From NCBI GenBank assembly GCA_002269645.1, contig NIVC01000734.1:186001-250000 (forward strand): a stretch of DNA of 64,000 bases, written 5' to 3'. Source of the stretch: Macrostomum lignano. Lineage: Eukaryota. The position numbers and the translations under genes are program-made. Positions 11,194 through 23,121 of this stretch are shown piece by piece (the first letter of the stretch is position 1; every line of letters begins with the position of its first letter). The notes under the pieces were generated by a model. It was not told the DNA's origin, did not search any database, and saw only the letters and a list, made by a program, of their open reading frames with translations.

Positions 11194-14100
11194 ATGAAGT
11201 TTGTGATTATCTTTAGAGAAGATAGACAAGTAATTGAGGTCGATAGTGAAAGCATACAGCTGCCTGCACATTTAGCTTCGCTAACGGAGGTCGAATGGCT
11301 CAATCACAGGCAGTCCACGGATATGTGGAGCTGCAGCGTGACTTACGAAGGGCGCTCCTACACGGCAGTGATTTTGCAAGTAAGTTATGTTATAAATGTG
11401 ATTCTTTGGCTTGACCTTTAATGACCTTTGTCTTTATAATGGGACTGTCCACCGATATGTGACGTGCCATTTCTATAAAGAAAGATAAACAAAATAGAAT
11501 GGATTAGAATGGACTAAATAAAATCTGCACTGACAGTTCACACACTTATATTTGATTTATATAACTACGTCACCTTCACGACTTCCCCGAAAGGTTATTC
11601 TGTCAGACGAGTCGATTAGCATCCGCTATATCCGGAAACTCGTGGCGAAAAAGCAACGACTCGGCCTGATCCTCGAAAAGCTGCAACCAAGAGTTTTCAC
11701 TGAAGCCGACGCCAGAGTAGCAAGACGCACTTATCAAACGCAGGTAAACGTTCAACGGGCCAACATTCGGGATTCTATTCTCAGTATAGTGTTCGGCAGT
11801 ACGGAGTACAGTTCTCATTAACTTATGTCCTATAGTCTATATGACTCTGCAATCTATAGTATATAACTGTGTATTGGGCAAGTAAATGTTTAAATCCGCT
11901 ACAAAAGACAAACACACACATTATTCGCAACAAGTATTCGTCATTTCGTTCCACAGGATATTGAAACAGGCTCCGCATCAGACACCGAAGCCTTTTTTGA
12001 GGCTCAGGCTGTGAGCGAAGCCGAAGGGAATGCTACATTTAAATTAGCTGACGTGGCACACACAGCCGCCCAATTGCTTCCAATGTCGCCACCCAACGAG
12101 GTTGAGACGGTGAATGAGCCAGTAAGTTTTTCATTTTTTAACCACACACACTCCTTCACCCTGTGTCACTCCTTCTGTCACTAAAATGTCACTCCTGCAG
12201 TCAGTCAGTCCTTCCGTCACATTTTCGAAACAAGCTGCATTTAATCCAAATCTTAATCACCCCTGTCTGCCGTCTGATTCAGCCAGAGGACCACGATGCG
12301 GATTCGGCGCCACCACCTCTGCGACTCATTGACCACCCTGTCCCTGGGAATCACTCTGAGAACGCGACGCAGTCGGTGAATCAGTCAGTAAGTTTATTAG
12401 TCTTTTCTAACTTACTCAGCTGGTGTCACTCCTTAACTAATTTTCACTCCTCTTAGTCTCCTCTTGGTCAATCATATCATGGAGAGAGAGGTAGAGAGAG
12501 GTCATAAAGGGTAGACAAATGATCATATGTAGAGGGTAGAGAATCGAGATGATCGGAGAGGGTAAATTTACCTAATCAATCCAACACCACCACTCACTTA
12601 CCCCGTCTTATTTAGCCAGAGGACATCGAAGAGGAGCCCGAAGACGCGACGATGAATAACGCGACGATGGCAATGGATGAGCCAGTACGTCTATTTGTTA
12701 TGTTGTTATTTTTTCATCTGAGGGGCGCCATATTAAAGGCTCATTCACACCGCCATCAAATAAGGCCAATTTTCGTGTGATCACACAAAGGATCACTACC
12801 ATTCCAGCCACCAACGCCTCGACCGAGGCGCTTGCATCGAGTGGATGATTCCACTGTGCCGAAGGCCGGTACCATCACGTCTGCCGCTGTCATCACCTCG
12901 ACTGCTGCCATCACCTCGACCGCTGCCATCACCTCCGCCGCTGCTATCACCTCCTCCGCTGCCATCACTTCCGCTGCTGCAACCTCGGAAGTTTTCATTG
13001 AGTCAGCTGGAGACCGCTGTCAGTGGCCCTATGCGATACGATCACTGCGAGACCAATTTCAGCGGGCAATTCCTGATCGTATTGACAGCAGTCAGGGCCT
13101 GTTGTTTGTTCTGCTGACCGTGTTGCGCGAGTCCGAGGTGCGACATGTCCACCAGGAGGCATTAATTAATCGTTTAATTAATGAATTGACGGGTTTGCGG
13201 GCAGAAGTGATGCGGCTCACTGCAGCATTGGACCCACAGGCTGCGCCGGAGACCAACTTCTGGCCCATTTCAAGTTGGCAGCAATATGTCGACTTTGTAG
13301 TCGAGATGCCCGCAGAGCATTTGACATCGCTGGTAAGTTTTCAATTTATGTCTTCTTTGATAGTATCGTTTTGGATGAACTTGGAATGAAGTACTTGTAG
13401 TAGTATACATTGTCAATTTTGTTAATAGAAGTGAAGAATTATACAATTCAGTACAGGGAAAAGCAATAAGTATAAGCTTAGTTTCCCATACCAATAAATT
13501 CCAAGTCGCTCTTTACAATAGTACAGAATTAAGGAATTAATGTTTTATCTTTTTTCACAGTCCTAAAGTATTATGATTGATCAATCATTCCGATTCATTT
13601 GCAATATAATTCTTTACTCCTTCACAAAGTATTATTCGCAATTATTTACTCCAGAGGCTTCTAAGGCAGGAGTCATGGCAGCAGACACTCAGGGCAATGC
13701 TGGATTGCACCCTATCTGACCAAATGTAGGCAGTTGTAAATTACAATGGCCAACATTTGCCAGACATAGCCCGAGGCGCCGGAGTAGAGATGGTCCTAAC
13801 GGAAAGCCAGATGGCATTTCAGAGTGTCTTTTGTCCGAGATTTCAAGGTAAGAATGGTGTTGTCTCTTCCTTCATTTCCGCCTGTCTTCATACCCGTCAT
13901 CCCTGTCATCATGTATAAAAAGAGAGGGAGAAATTTATATTAAAAGAGATTAAAAGAAACGAATAAAAGAGTTTTATTTCAAAGTACCTAGGAACAAAGA
14001 CTTACTCGTAAAGACTTACAAGCTAAGTAAAATGCTGCAGCCTATGCCACTTATAATACGTAAACACATTAGCTGACATTAGTCATCGCGAATGTCTTTT

Positions 14101-14640
14101 AATTTGCTCATCCGGTCATTGTATTTGTACTTTCTTCACGGTGAATTATCAAGTAGAAGTATACATTTATATCCTGTAGACCTATACAAATTAGACAATT
14201 CGAGGATCCCCCAAACTTTAATTTCCACAGATGCCATCACTGTCATATACGGCCTGTCTGAAGACCACGGACGGCCAAAATTTGATGATGTGAAGAATGC
14301 AGTAATTGACATGCTTAAGCGCGGGAACGACCGAGCGTCAAAGCGATCCCATCGGCGAAAAACAGCTCCAGCGCACCCCGCCCCCCAGCCGCCGAATGCT
14401 GTTGCCGCCGCCACCACTGCTGCTACGCCTCTGCCGCCATCAAGGCGGCGGCTGCAGGCTGCTGCAGTTTCCTCTGCAGTCAGGGCGACACAGTCGTCAA
14501 CGCCACGGCTGCCACCTGCTGCCGCCTCTGCTTCATCAACAAGCAGAAGCCACAAAAGGCGAAAGACAGATGGCGCAGCCCATCATCCGCGAATCTTGTC
14601 TTCCGAAGATGAGCCAGATACATGTACATCGTCTGACTAA
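11194..14640 (+). pseudogene. Transposon accessory gene (DUF4806-like C-terminal region), 8 exons, ~600 aa, one premature TAG
   Basis: Exons 11194-11379, 11594-11743, 11957-12121, 12283-12387, 12616-12684, 12808-13332, 13655-13847 and 14231-14640. All are GT-AG and phase-consistent (1803 nt). TAG at 13727-13729 falls in SWQQTLRAMLDCTLSDQM*AVVNYNGQH. DUF4806 resemblance is recalled, not searched. Confidence 0.7.
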
Positions 14641-15417
14641 GGCGCCTTAGGCGAAGAACCAATCAATCAAAACCGTCTTTGGATTTTCCTCCATTATTAC
14701 TCGACTCAGTGTATTATTATTTTAACTTTGTCCCATGTTCGCTGTCTTGCATGTTTATTCATTTTCATTTACCTATTCTGTATTTTGCCCTTCGGATTAC
14801 TCTACTGTTATTTCATATTTCTGTTACTCGATTACGAATTCCTGTAAATGTTTTACTGTTTTTGCAAATTGTTATAATTGTAACTCCAAAGTGTAGAAAT
14901 AATAATATAGTATTTTATTTTGTATATTGTCAATATATTGTCACTCAAGATCTATGAAAACAGTTGCAATATAATATATGCTACTTAAAGTAAAAATGAA
15001 ATGAAAATTTCTATATATATATTACGCATAAATTAATATATACGATTTTTTTCTTCAAATTAGTGCGTCTCAAATTGTCTCAAATGACAACGAGCAAGAA
15101 CAGGACGAAGTTACAACAAAAACAAAGTGCATTTGGTGCAATGCCTAGCAGTATACAAGGCCTACTGGCCCAGTAGCTGCAGGGTCGCAAAGCTGGAAAA
15201 AAATCCTCCTTTAAAAGATTCTGTTGCTGCATGCTCTTAACATACTACTAACAGTAGGTAAATAGCATATTTTTTCAGAAAAAATCTACCTTGCGCCCCG
15301 GACCCCTCAGGGCACCGACGCGGCGTAGACCCAGCAGTACACTTTGGCGCACAGTCGCCCCCAGTGGGGCGCCGCCATCGGCGAACTGTTGGGCGCACTG
15401 AAATTCCCCACAGGGCA

Positions 15418-15592
15418 GATTCATGCAATTTTATCACATGCTACTAATAGTAGACTGAAAGGATTTTAAGCTAAAAAATATATGTAACAGGGCGCGCCAG
15501 GCGTGTGGACATTAATACCCCTTAACATCTAGTTGCCTGACCAAAAACAGATAGTCGCCGGAATGTCAGGCAGAACGTTTTTTCCCACTGGG
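15418..15592. mobile_element. Probable right terminus of an older related CMC element
   Basis: Ends TTTTTTCCCACTGGG; reverse complement CCCAGTGGGAAAAAA resembles the inner element terminus CCCTGTGGGGA. Also contains GGGCGCGCC. Confidence 0.4.
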
Positions 15593-17217
15593 TATTTTTT
15601 TGTTTCTTTATCTCATTAGAAAGAATAGAAACTCTTCTTTAACATGTATATTTTGTTTTTACTATAAACATTTTCTATGCTTAGCAATTTCATTTTTTAA
15701 AAACACTATTTTACGATTTTTTGTGTAATTATCAGCTTTATGATAACTTCACTGGAGTCCCTATTTTCAGCTTTGAAAAAGTTTTTTAAAAATAAATTTT
15801 ATGCATCAGGATTCAGGATATTGTGGGTGGACATGGCCCTATGCCCACAATGGCGCAGTGTACAATTATGTGTCGTGGCATGCCATGCCATTGCACGCCA
15901 TGGGGTAGGCCCCCTACTTTTTCTAAACTGTAGTACACCGTGTACGCCAAAATTGGCCCAAAATTTCCCTATGTATGCTGGAATTTTCTAAGTAAAATGC
16001 CATCTTCTTGACTATGGGGTCTCTCTAAAACTTGAAATGCATTTACTAATTGCCAGCCTTAGGCCTAGCCTTCAGCTTTGGGTTTTATCTATTAGTTAAT
16101 AAGACAAATTTAGTATATGAGATTAAAACTATAATTATTACTATTTGACATAGTATTATTATTACACTATCAAGTTTGTATCAATATAGGCTAGGCCTAG
16201 TATTAGGCCTAATAACAGGTGCAGATACAGAAAGTTTTTTGTGAGAAAAGGCAAGCTATAGTATAGGGCCTAGGCCTAGTCCCTATGCAATGCAATCTAT
16301 TTTTTGTCTTAGACAAACTGTGGAAACTTGTCAAGTTTATATAGGCCTATAATTATAAGACATTAAAATATTATAATTATTATACTATAATTACAAAACT
16401 TACCTTTTCCTTAGTTACTTGTCTTAGACAAACTGCGGGAGCTTGTCAAGTTCATATATAATTATAAGACAATAAAATATTACACATATCACACTATAAT
16501 TACAAAACTTACCTTTTCCTTAGTTACTTGCTGTTTCCGAAATTCGAAATTTTTATAAAATATCTAGTATAGGCCTAGCTAGAAGATAGGAGAAGATATA
16601 GAAGATAGGCCCTAGTAACTAAGGTTTACAATTTCAATCCGTGACTGAACTGAACCTGAGCTTGAAGAAGAACCTGAGCTTGTATGGCAGGCGGATGCCA
16701 CTTTTGATCGAAGTTCTCAATTGGTGAAAAATTTTGGCTTGGCAAGAACTGTCCGTGCGATGTTCATCCATTTTTCCTCCATAGTTTGGAATTGTGCCCA
16801 ATGTATCCCATTGTGGTTTCCATGTGGTGCGCGACCGTGCCCACGGTCTAAACCGTTTTTTGGAACGAGCTCCTTTACGGTATTTTTTTGCGCGATCCAG
16901 CGCTTGTGCGGTGCCTGTCCATCGCTCAGTCCAGTCACTGCTCCAGCTGGAGAACGGTTTTTTATCTGTATTTAAACCCTCCATTTTTGAGGCGAATAAC
17001 TCCCTCTGGTCCCTCCCCTTTTGCGCCTCCTCTTCCGTTTGTTTTCTATTCGCTAGTTTTCTTTACTCGTTATATTTATCCGGCGCCGCGAACGAATTAC
17101 TCTCTCGTAGCCTTTAATAATTCAGTACTAATTAATAAGCCTGCTCCATTTAATTTATTAAGAAACTTAATCAACGCCAAACCATATTTATTCGTTGAAC
17201 TATAAGCCATAGTATTT

Positions 17218-17653
17218 ATTGAGTTATTTGCCCGTGGGGCGTAAAACAACCAAGTTCTCATCTCAAAGATAGCTCTGAGACTTATCCGTTCCGTAATACG
17301 TAAATTACGGTGGTGGCAGCAACTACCCTATTGAAAGTAACGAGCTCAGCAAAACGACACATTAATTTACGGTGCCAACAATCTCCGGTGTTTTCATCGC
17401 TTTGAACGACCGCGCCGCTACACGACCGCTCTGCTACGATTACGACTACCCTCCCCCCGGACTTGAGAACCCGGCAGTCGGAGTAAAAGGAGAAGAAAAT
17501 TCGTTGTGATTCATCTGCGCGATTTTTCGGATTTAATTCGTGCGAACTCAACGTCGGCGGCAATTCAAACGAGGAATCCGCCCTACCACACTGGTGTCAG
17601 CCAATATTTCAAAACCCAAGAATACCAAAAAATTCTTCTCGGCCCCCACCTCA
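17218..17653. repeat. Copy 1 of an unclassified diverged ~435-bp dispersed repeat (LTR-like)
   Basis: Colinear with 22690-23121: ATTGAGTTATTTGCCCGTGGGGCGTAAAACAACC ... CCCCCACCTCA. Confidence 0.7.
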
Positions 17654-17669
17654 CGCTTGGGGTTCAGGG

Positions 17670-18367
17670 CAAGGACGACTTAAGTAGAAGGACGGGAAAC
17701 CTCGTTTCTTAGAAAATTTTTGAAGGCACTTTTTCCCGAAAAAATACACTGCGGAGATAGGAAATTTTCATTTTTTCAGCACAAAAATTGCTATAACTTT
17801 TAATAGGAGGCATATCCAGTGTTGATCTTTTGATATGTTGTGCCTTTTTTATTGCTCTATCGATATTTATAAAGCTTTCCGTTCAGAAAATTAGGATTCT
17901 ATGTTAATTTTTTATTCTACGTATATTTCCTGTCTCTAAAAATCACAAAAATGCATGACACAGCTCTAATATTTGGTTTTATGAATCTATTTTATCATCT
18001 ATGTTACGACTATTTGCTATACAGTCAGGTAAGAAGGATAAAATAGACTCATAAAATCAAAGAGCCAAGCCGTGGCATTCTAATGTATTTCAAGCACAAG
18101 ACACATGAAAATATACGTAGAATAAAAAATTAACATAGAATCCTAATTTTCTGAACGGAAAGCTTTATAAATATCGATAGAGCAATAAAAAAGGCACAAC
18201 ATATCAAAAGATCAACACTGGATCTGCCTCCTATCAAAAGTTATAGCAATTTTTGTGCTGAAAAAATGAAAATTTCCTATCTCCGCAGTGTATTTTTTCG
18301 GGAAAAAGTGCCTTCAAAAATTTTCTAAGAAACGAGGTTTCCCGTCCTTCTACTTAAGTCGTCCTTG
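17670..18367. mobile_element. 698-bp foldback MITE with ~260-bp TIRs (P- or hAT-type)
   Basis: CAAGGACGACTTAAGTAGAAGG... is inverted almost perfectly over ~17670-17929 vs ~18108-18367. 8-bp TSD GTTCAGGG (17662-17669, 18368-18375). Confidence 0.9.
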
Positions 18368-19142
18368 GTTCAGGGTTGTGAGCTAGTAAGAGAGTGTGGT
18401 AGTGCGTCTACCACTGAGAGTGAAGTTGATCAAACTGGAAATTTAATTCTCACGAGCTCCCCATTAATTCCCCATTAATTAACTTTTGCCTAATTTACTT
18501 GATTTTGTCTCTCCACGCTATGCCCCAATTACTGCCCCAAACAATGTAATTCTCCTTAATAATCTTTTTCAATAGGTTTTGCGTTACAGCCAGCAAAGGA
18601 TTTCAGTGGTGGCTAACATTTTCCATCCACTGAATCCATGGGTGCCCCGCCTTCTGGTGAGAAAATCTTATTATTTATACCGTGTTGTCTGGTGCTCGTT
18701 TTCCAAACTCTCCACGCCTTTCCTTTACTACTTTTCTCTCCGTTTGTTGTTGTTAAACGGGGGTGGGAAGCTTAGCTGCCCACGGATCAGCCCGGGGTGG
18801 GCTCTGCCGCGAGGGGCACTACCAGGGGCCAAGGCATTAGCTGTCCAGGGCCCGAGATACCCCAAGGATACATTGGGATTGGACCCGGCTCAAAGCGCGG
18901 GTGGGCGAGTTGACCCAAACCTACGGTACAAGACACCGCCAAACCAACAGTGGAATCAGGGACGGTGCTAGGACCGAGTCCACCCAGGCTACCCCCCAGC
19001 AGACAGGTCCTCGGGAGCGCGCGAAAAACAGAATTGGAATATTACTGAAAAGCTGTCCAAGAGCGGGGAAACCCAGAAGTCTTGGAAAGGGCTATCTATT
19101 GGAGCGAGTCTGGAAGGCTTGTATCCGAGGGGGAGACTCTAG

Positions 19143-21673
19143 CCCTCGAACGTTGGGGAAAACAATTGTCGGTTTATTATATTTGGGGTCCAATGGACCC
19201 CTCTGAGTTGATGCATGTTAACAATGCTTTATTGATTATTTATTGTTCAAAGCAAAAAACTACCAATACAATGGCGAACGTAATACATTAGTCGCATATT
19301 ATCTCAAGAACATAGCAACTGATTCAGGTACTTTCTAAATGAAATTAGGCAATGAAGCTGAGAGTACTGATTAGTATTTGCTAATTACTAATTATTGTAA
19401 CTGCAGTGTAACTACATGTATAATGAATAATGTCTTGCAATTCTACGAATATATTGGAACACGAAGGATAAAGCAGAATTTGTCAGTAAATAGCACACGA
19501 AAAGAAATCTCACTCTGCAGGCTCCCCCATGCATTCGAGGCAGACTGACTGCAGGTGCCCCGAGCAACAGTACCGTTGGCAGGTAGTGCAGCGTGTGCGA
19601 GTTTTGCGATCAGCAGAGCGGCTACACATGTGGCATCTTCCCTTTGGCACTGATGCAACTGGGCGCTGAGGATGATTCTGACGTGCTCCTCTCTGGCCAG
19701 GCTGTTGCTTCAGCAGTGCCATTCCAAGTGCTTTCAGAAACAGCCTTCTTCGATGGGGCACTGCACTGTAGCTGTCTGGGAAGACAGCCTGGTGGAGGTA
19801 ATAGGCGTTAAGGCATGCAATGTTTAGCACATTGCAAAACACGGCTACATGCCATCGTCGTGACTTGTACTTCACTGAGTAGCACATCGTCATCTGGTCC
19901 ATCAAGTCCGTGCCTCCTTTAGTCTTATTGTAATCCAGAATTGCTTGCGGCTTTCTTGTTGCGTTGTTAGACACCGCGGGACTTCTGTGCTGGCTAGAGA
20001 GTAGTAGTACAAGCTTGTTGGGTTTCGCCTTGTAAGCAAGCAGTTGGATCTGATCTTCAGTTGTGTAAACAAACTCAGTTGAGTACAGCTCACGTCCTTG
20101 ATGGTTTCGCATCTCCAGCGGCACTTCCCGTCTGTGCAGCCGTATTGAACCTAGCAGCGACATATTCCTTTGCAGTAAATATCTTGCTAGTGCTAGAGAG
20201 CAGAAGAAATTGTCGACGGTCACTCCAATTACTGATCCTTGTAACCCTTCCGTCAACTTCAAAACGACGTGCTCACCAAGGCTTGCCTCACGCTCTTCCT
20301 CGCGGCCAACATACATATTGATATTCCAGCAGTACCCAGTAGCCGCATCGTTTAGGCACCAGAACTTCAGCCCATACTTGGCAGGCTTCTTTGGCATGTA
20401 CTGTATGTAGCTGCATCTTCCTCTATAGGGAAACAGCTGTTCGTCTACAGTAACAGCTTCATTAGGAAAGTAACTCTTCTGTGAGTTCTGGACAAGTCCG
20501 TCAAGCTCACAGCGGCAAGCTTATCTCTTTGCAGTCGCGCATTTCGAGTTTCGCGGTTGTCAAATCGCAGAAATCGGCGAATAGTCTTGAAGCGCGTCAA
20601 AGACATGGAGTTCTTGAAAACCTTTCTTCCGAATTCCTCACTCCAGAGCTCATCGATGCTCTCCATGCTTCCTTTGAATACTCCGCGAAGAATGTTTAGG
20701 CCAATGAAGGCATTGATTTCCTCTCTGGTAGTTGGATTCCAAGCATTTCCAAGAACTCTCCTAGCTTCGCGGTTGGTCTCTATCACAATTGTGTCAACCA
20801 TGTCATTGTCAAAGATGACGTGGAAAGCCGACTCTTCATCATGAATGCGTGCTGCAGCGTAAGCTGTGATTCCTGGTCTATTGCGCAAGATGTTACAGGC
20901 TGGCCCCTGTCCAGGACGTGAAGTTTCATGGTGCCATACTTGACCACTAGGACTGCGATAACTTCTTTCAACATCACCAGCAGCAGCTGCGGCAGCAACA
21001 GGTGATGCTGGCCTTGATGAATCACTAGATGCGTCTTCAACATCGGGCAAATCAATATCTTGTTCGGCTTCAGCAATATCCGAAAGAGCCTCGTCTTCGT
21101 CCGATACTTCAGCGTCAATATGGGCTTCTGGGTGAGCAACTGGTTGGTTCATAATCACTTCAAGAGCTCTAGACTTAGCAGCTCTTACGACCATCGGTCT
21201 AGAAGAAGCCATTTTGCAAATTTTCGCAAATACTTGCTGAGTAAATGCTTGGTATAGTAGTTTTCTCTATGAATCAGCTGGAAAATCTTTTGTTATAGAA
21301 TAGCTATTTTCACAAGATTAGGGCAAGAGGGTGCTCCTTATATACCCATCAGCTATATATAGAATATTCTAGAAATAGAAAATATTAGAAAGTTTAGAAA
21401 ATATTGAACCGCCCCAACCGACTTTATGTGTTTCAACTATATAAATATAGAAAATTAGTTACGGGGTCCACTGGACCCCAAGAACCCCAATATAATAAGT
21501 TCACTTGGTGAACTGGGCTTATATAAAATAAGAACAACGATGCTTATACGGTTGAATACCTTCAAAAATAATAATTCTCCTAGCATCTGGTTGTTTTAAC
21601 ATAATATTTAGTATGATTTAATTCTAACTAAAGATACCGTTGGGGTCCAATGGACCCCAAAATCTTTCGAGGG
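19143..21673 (-). mobile_element. piggyBac-like transposon (2531 bp) with CTAG target-site duplication
   Basis: CTAG|CCCTCGAA ... TTCGAGGG|CTAG (19139-19142, 21674-21677). Internal palindrome GGGGTCCA(A/C)TGGACCCC at 19185, 21463 and 21642. piggyBac transposase inside. Confidence 0.9.
19510..21212 (-). pseudogene. piggyBac transposase, single frameshift near 20500-20510
   Basis: RFLRFD..RDKLAAVS continues in another frame as DGLVQNSQKSYFPNEAVTVDEQLFPYRGRCSYIQYMPKKPAKYGLKFW. Catalytic TVDE, VDNFF and GGTDLMD motifs present. C-terminal Cys-rich domain CHMC...CTTC..CC..H...C..C. Confidence 0.9.
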
Positions 21674-22689
21674 CTAGGCGGATATTGCTACACCTCTATT
21701 GCTGCCAACCCAAGGGCATCGCCTATCCAGCTCAATTTTGGGGGCCAGGCCAAGGGGGCGGGAAGAGGCACCAGGGGCAAGAGGACACCGGACTCAGCCG
21801 GTTGTCCCCGGTTCGGGACGAACATCCTTCCCAGGACTCCAATCCACTGTCAGGATGAGAGCCAGAGACACGCAAGCAGGGACCGTCAGCAGGAGCCAGG
21901 AGATGGACCCGAGGACAGGGCAAGATGGACCGGGCGAGGGCAGAGCTCATAACTCCGAAGATTGGAAGGCTTCTAGTGGCCAGATAAAAGGTTAAAAGAA
22001 TAAAAAAGCCACAAAGGCACAAAGCAAAGGGATAAAACAGCACTGGGATGCCAGCCCAGAAAAAAAGAATGGCAGAAAGGAGGAGCACCATAGCCCTAAA
22101 GCAGGCAGCTTGCCGACCTGCAGCCCGGGTGCTCAGCCTCAGGGCTGGCAGTCTACTGGGTCTACCGTACACCTTTGTGAATTGGTCATTCTTTCCTGCA
22201 GGGCGGGTACGACCGGGGGCTCAGTCCCGTCCTAGCCCCACTGCAGTCCAGATATCCAACTCACTCCGGGCACCCCCCCCCCCTAACCCAGGGCCGATGG
22301 CCAAAATTATTGGAGTACGAAAAAGAATAGGGTTATTTTTAGACTGGGCACAGCCCCTCCGGGGCGGACCCTTAGTTATTGGGCTAGCCAAGGCTAGGCC
22401 AATCGGATTGCGCATAACCCTTAGACAAGCTACCAGAGAGGCAACCAGGGTAAAAACAGTCAGAGACCGTCTTTTCTCTCCGTTTGCTGCTTAGCTCTCT
22501 TTGCGTTAATACATTAAACTTTATTAATATTTTACCGGCGCACCCGGTACGCCGGACTCATCAGTCGATAGGCCGTCTCATTAATTCTTTCACACTAGCT
22601 ATTATCTTGTATTAATATTAATTGCCGACAATAATAAAAAACAGCAATATTAATAAGTAATCGTTCGTTTATTAAGTCCGTAAGTTTAT

Positions 22690-23121
22690 ATTGAGTTATT
22701 TGCCCGTGGGGCGTAAAACAACCCAAAGTTCTCAACTCAAAGAAACTCTAAGACTTCAACGTTCCGTAATATTCCTTAAATTACAATGGTGGCAGCTCTA
22801 CCCTACTATTAGTAATCAGCTCAACAAAACGACACTTTAAGTTACGGTGTCAGAATCTCCGGTGTCTGCCATCTAAACGACCGTGCCGCTCTAACGACCG
22901 CTCTGCTACGATTACGACTACGACTACCGGAATTGATCAGGACCCCGGCAGTCGGAGTAAAACAGGAGAAAAGAATTTCGTTGTGATTCGTCTGCGCGAT
23001 TTTCCGGATTTAATTCGTGCGAACTCAACGCCAGCGGCAAATTCAAACGCGGAATCCGCCCATCTCATTGGTGTCAGCAAAACCCGTGTGTTCCAAGAAA
23101 ATTTTCTCCGCCCCCACCTCA
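22690..23121. repeat. Copy 2 of the unclassified diverged dispersed repeat
   Basis: Same orientation as and colinear with 17218-17653; weaker similarity extends ~200 bp leftward. Confidence 0.7.

Larger units (their letters stand above)
1229..15415. mobile_element. 14.2-kb CMC-superfamily (EnSpm/CACTA/Mirage-like) DNA transposon with nested insertions
   Basis: Inverted termini CCCTGTGGGGA at 1229-1239 and TCCCCACAGGG at 15405-15415. 2-bp TSD CA (1227-1228, 15416-15417). GGCGCC/GGCGC-rich subterminal regions at both ends. Internal CMC transposase and divergent accessory gene. Confidence 0.7.

Noticed and set aside
9748-13729. Stop-codon reassignment explaining in-frame TAA/TAG
   Set aside because: FEN1 ends in TAA and the CBARP-like gene in TAG at the expected positions; single nonsense mutations are simpler.
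16634-17205. ORFs of 73-116 aa beside the direct repeat (possible gag or viral fragment)
   Set aside because: No recognisable domain or motif, so they cannot be supported without a search.
22530-22590. Minus-strand CTGATGAG followed by a 10-bp hairpin (hammerhead-like)
   Set aside because: The stem is followed by TAAAAT instead of GAAA, and no stem III/UH cleavage triplet can be formed.
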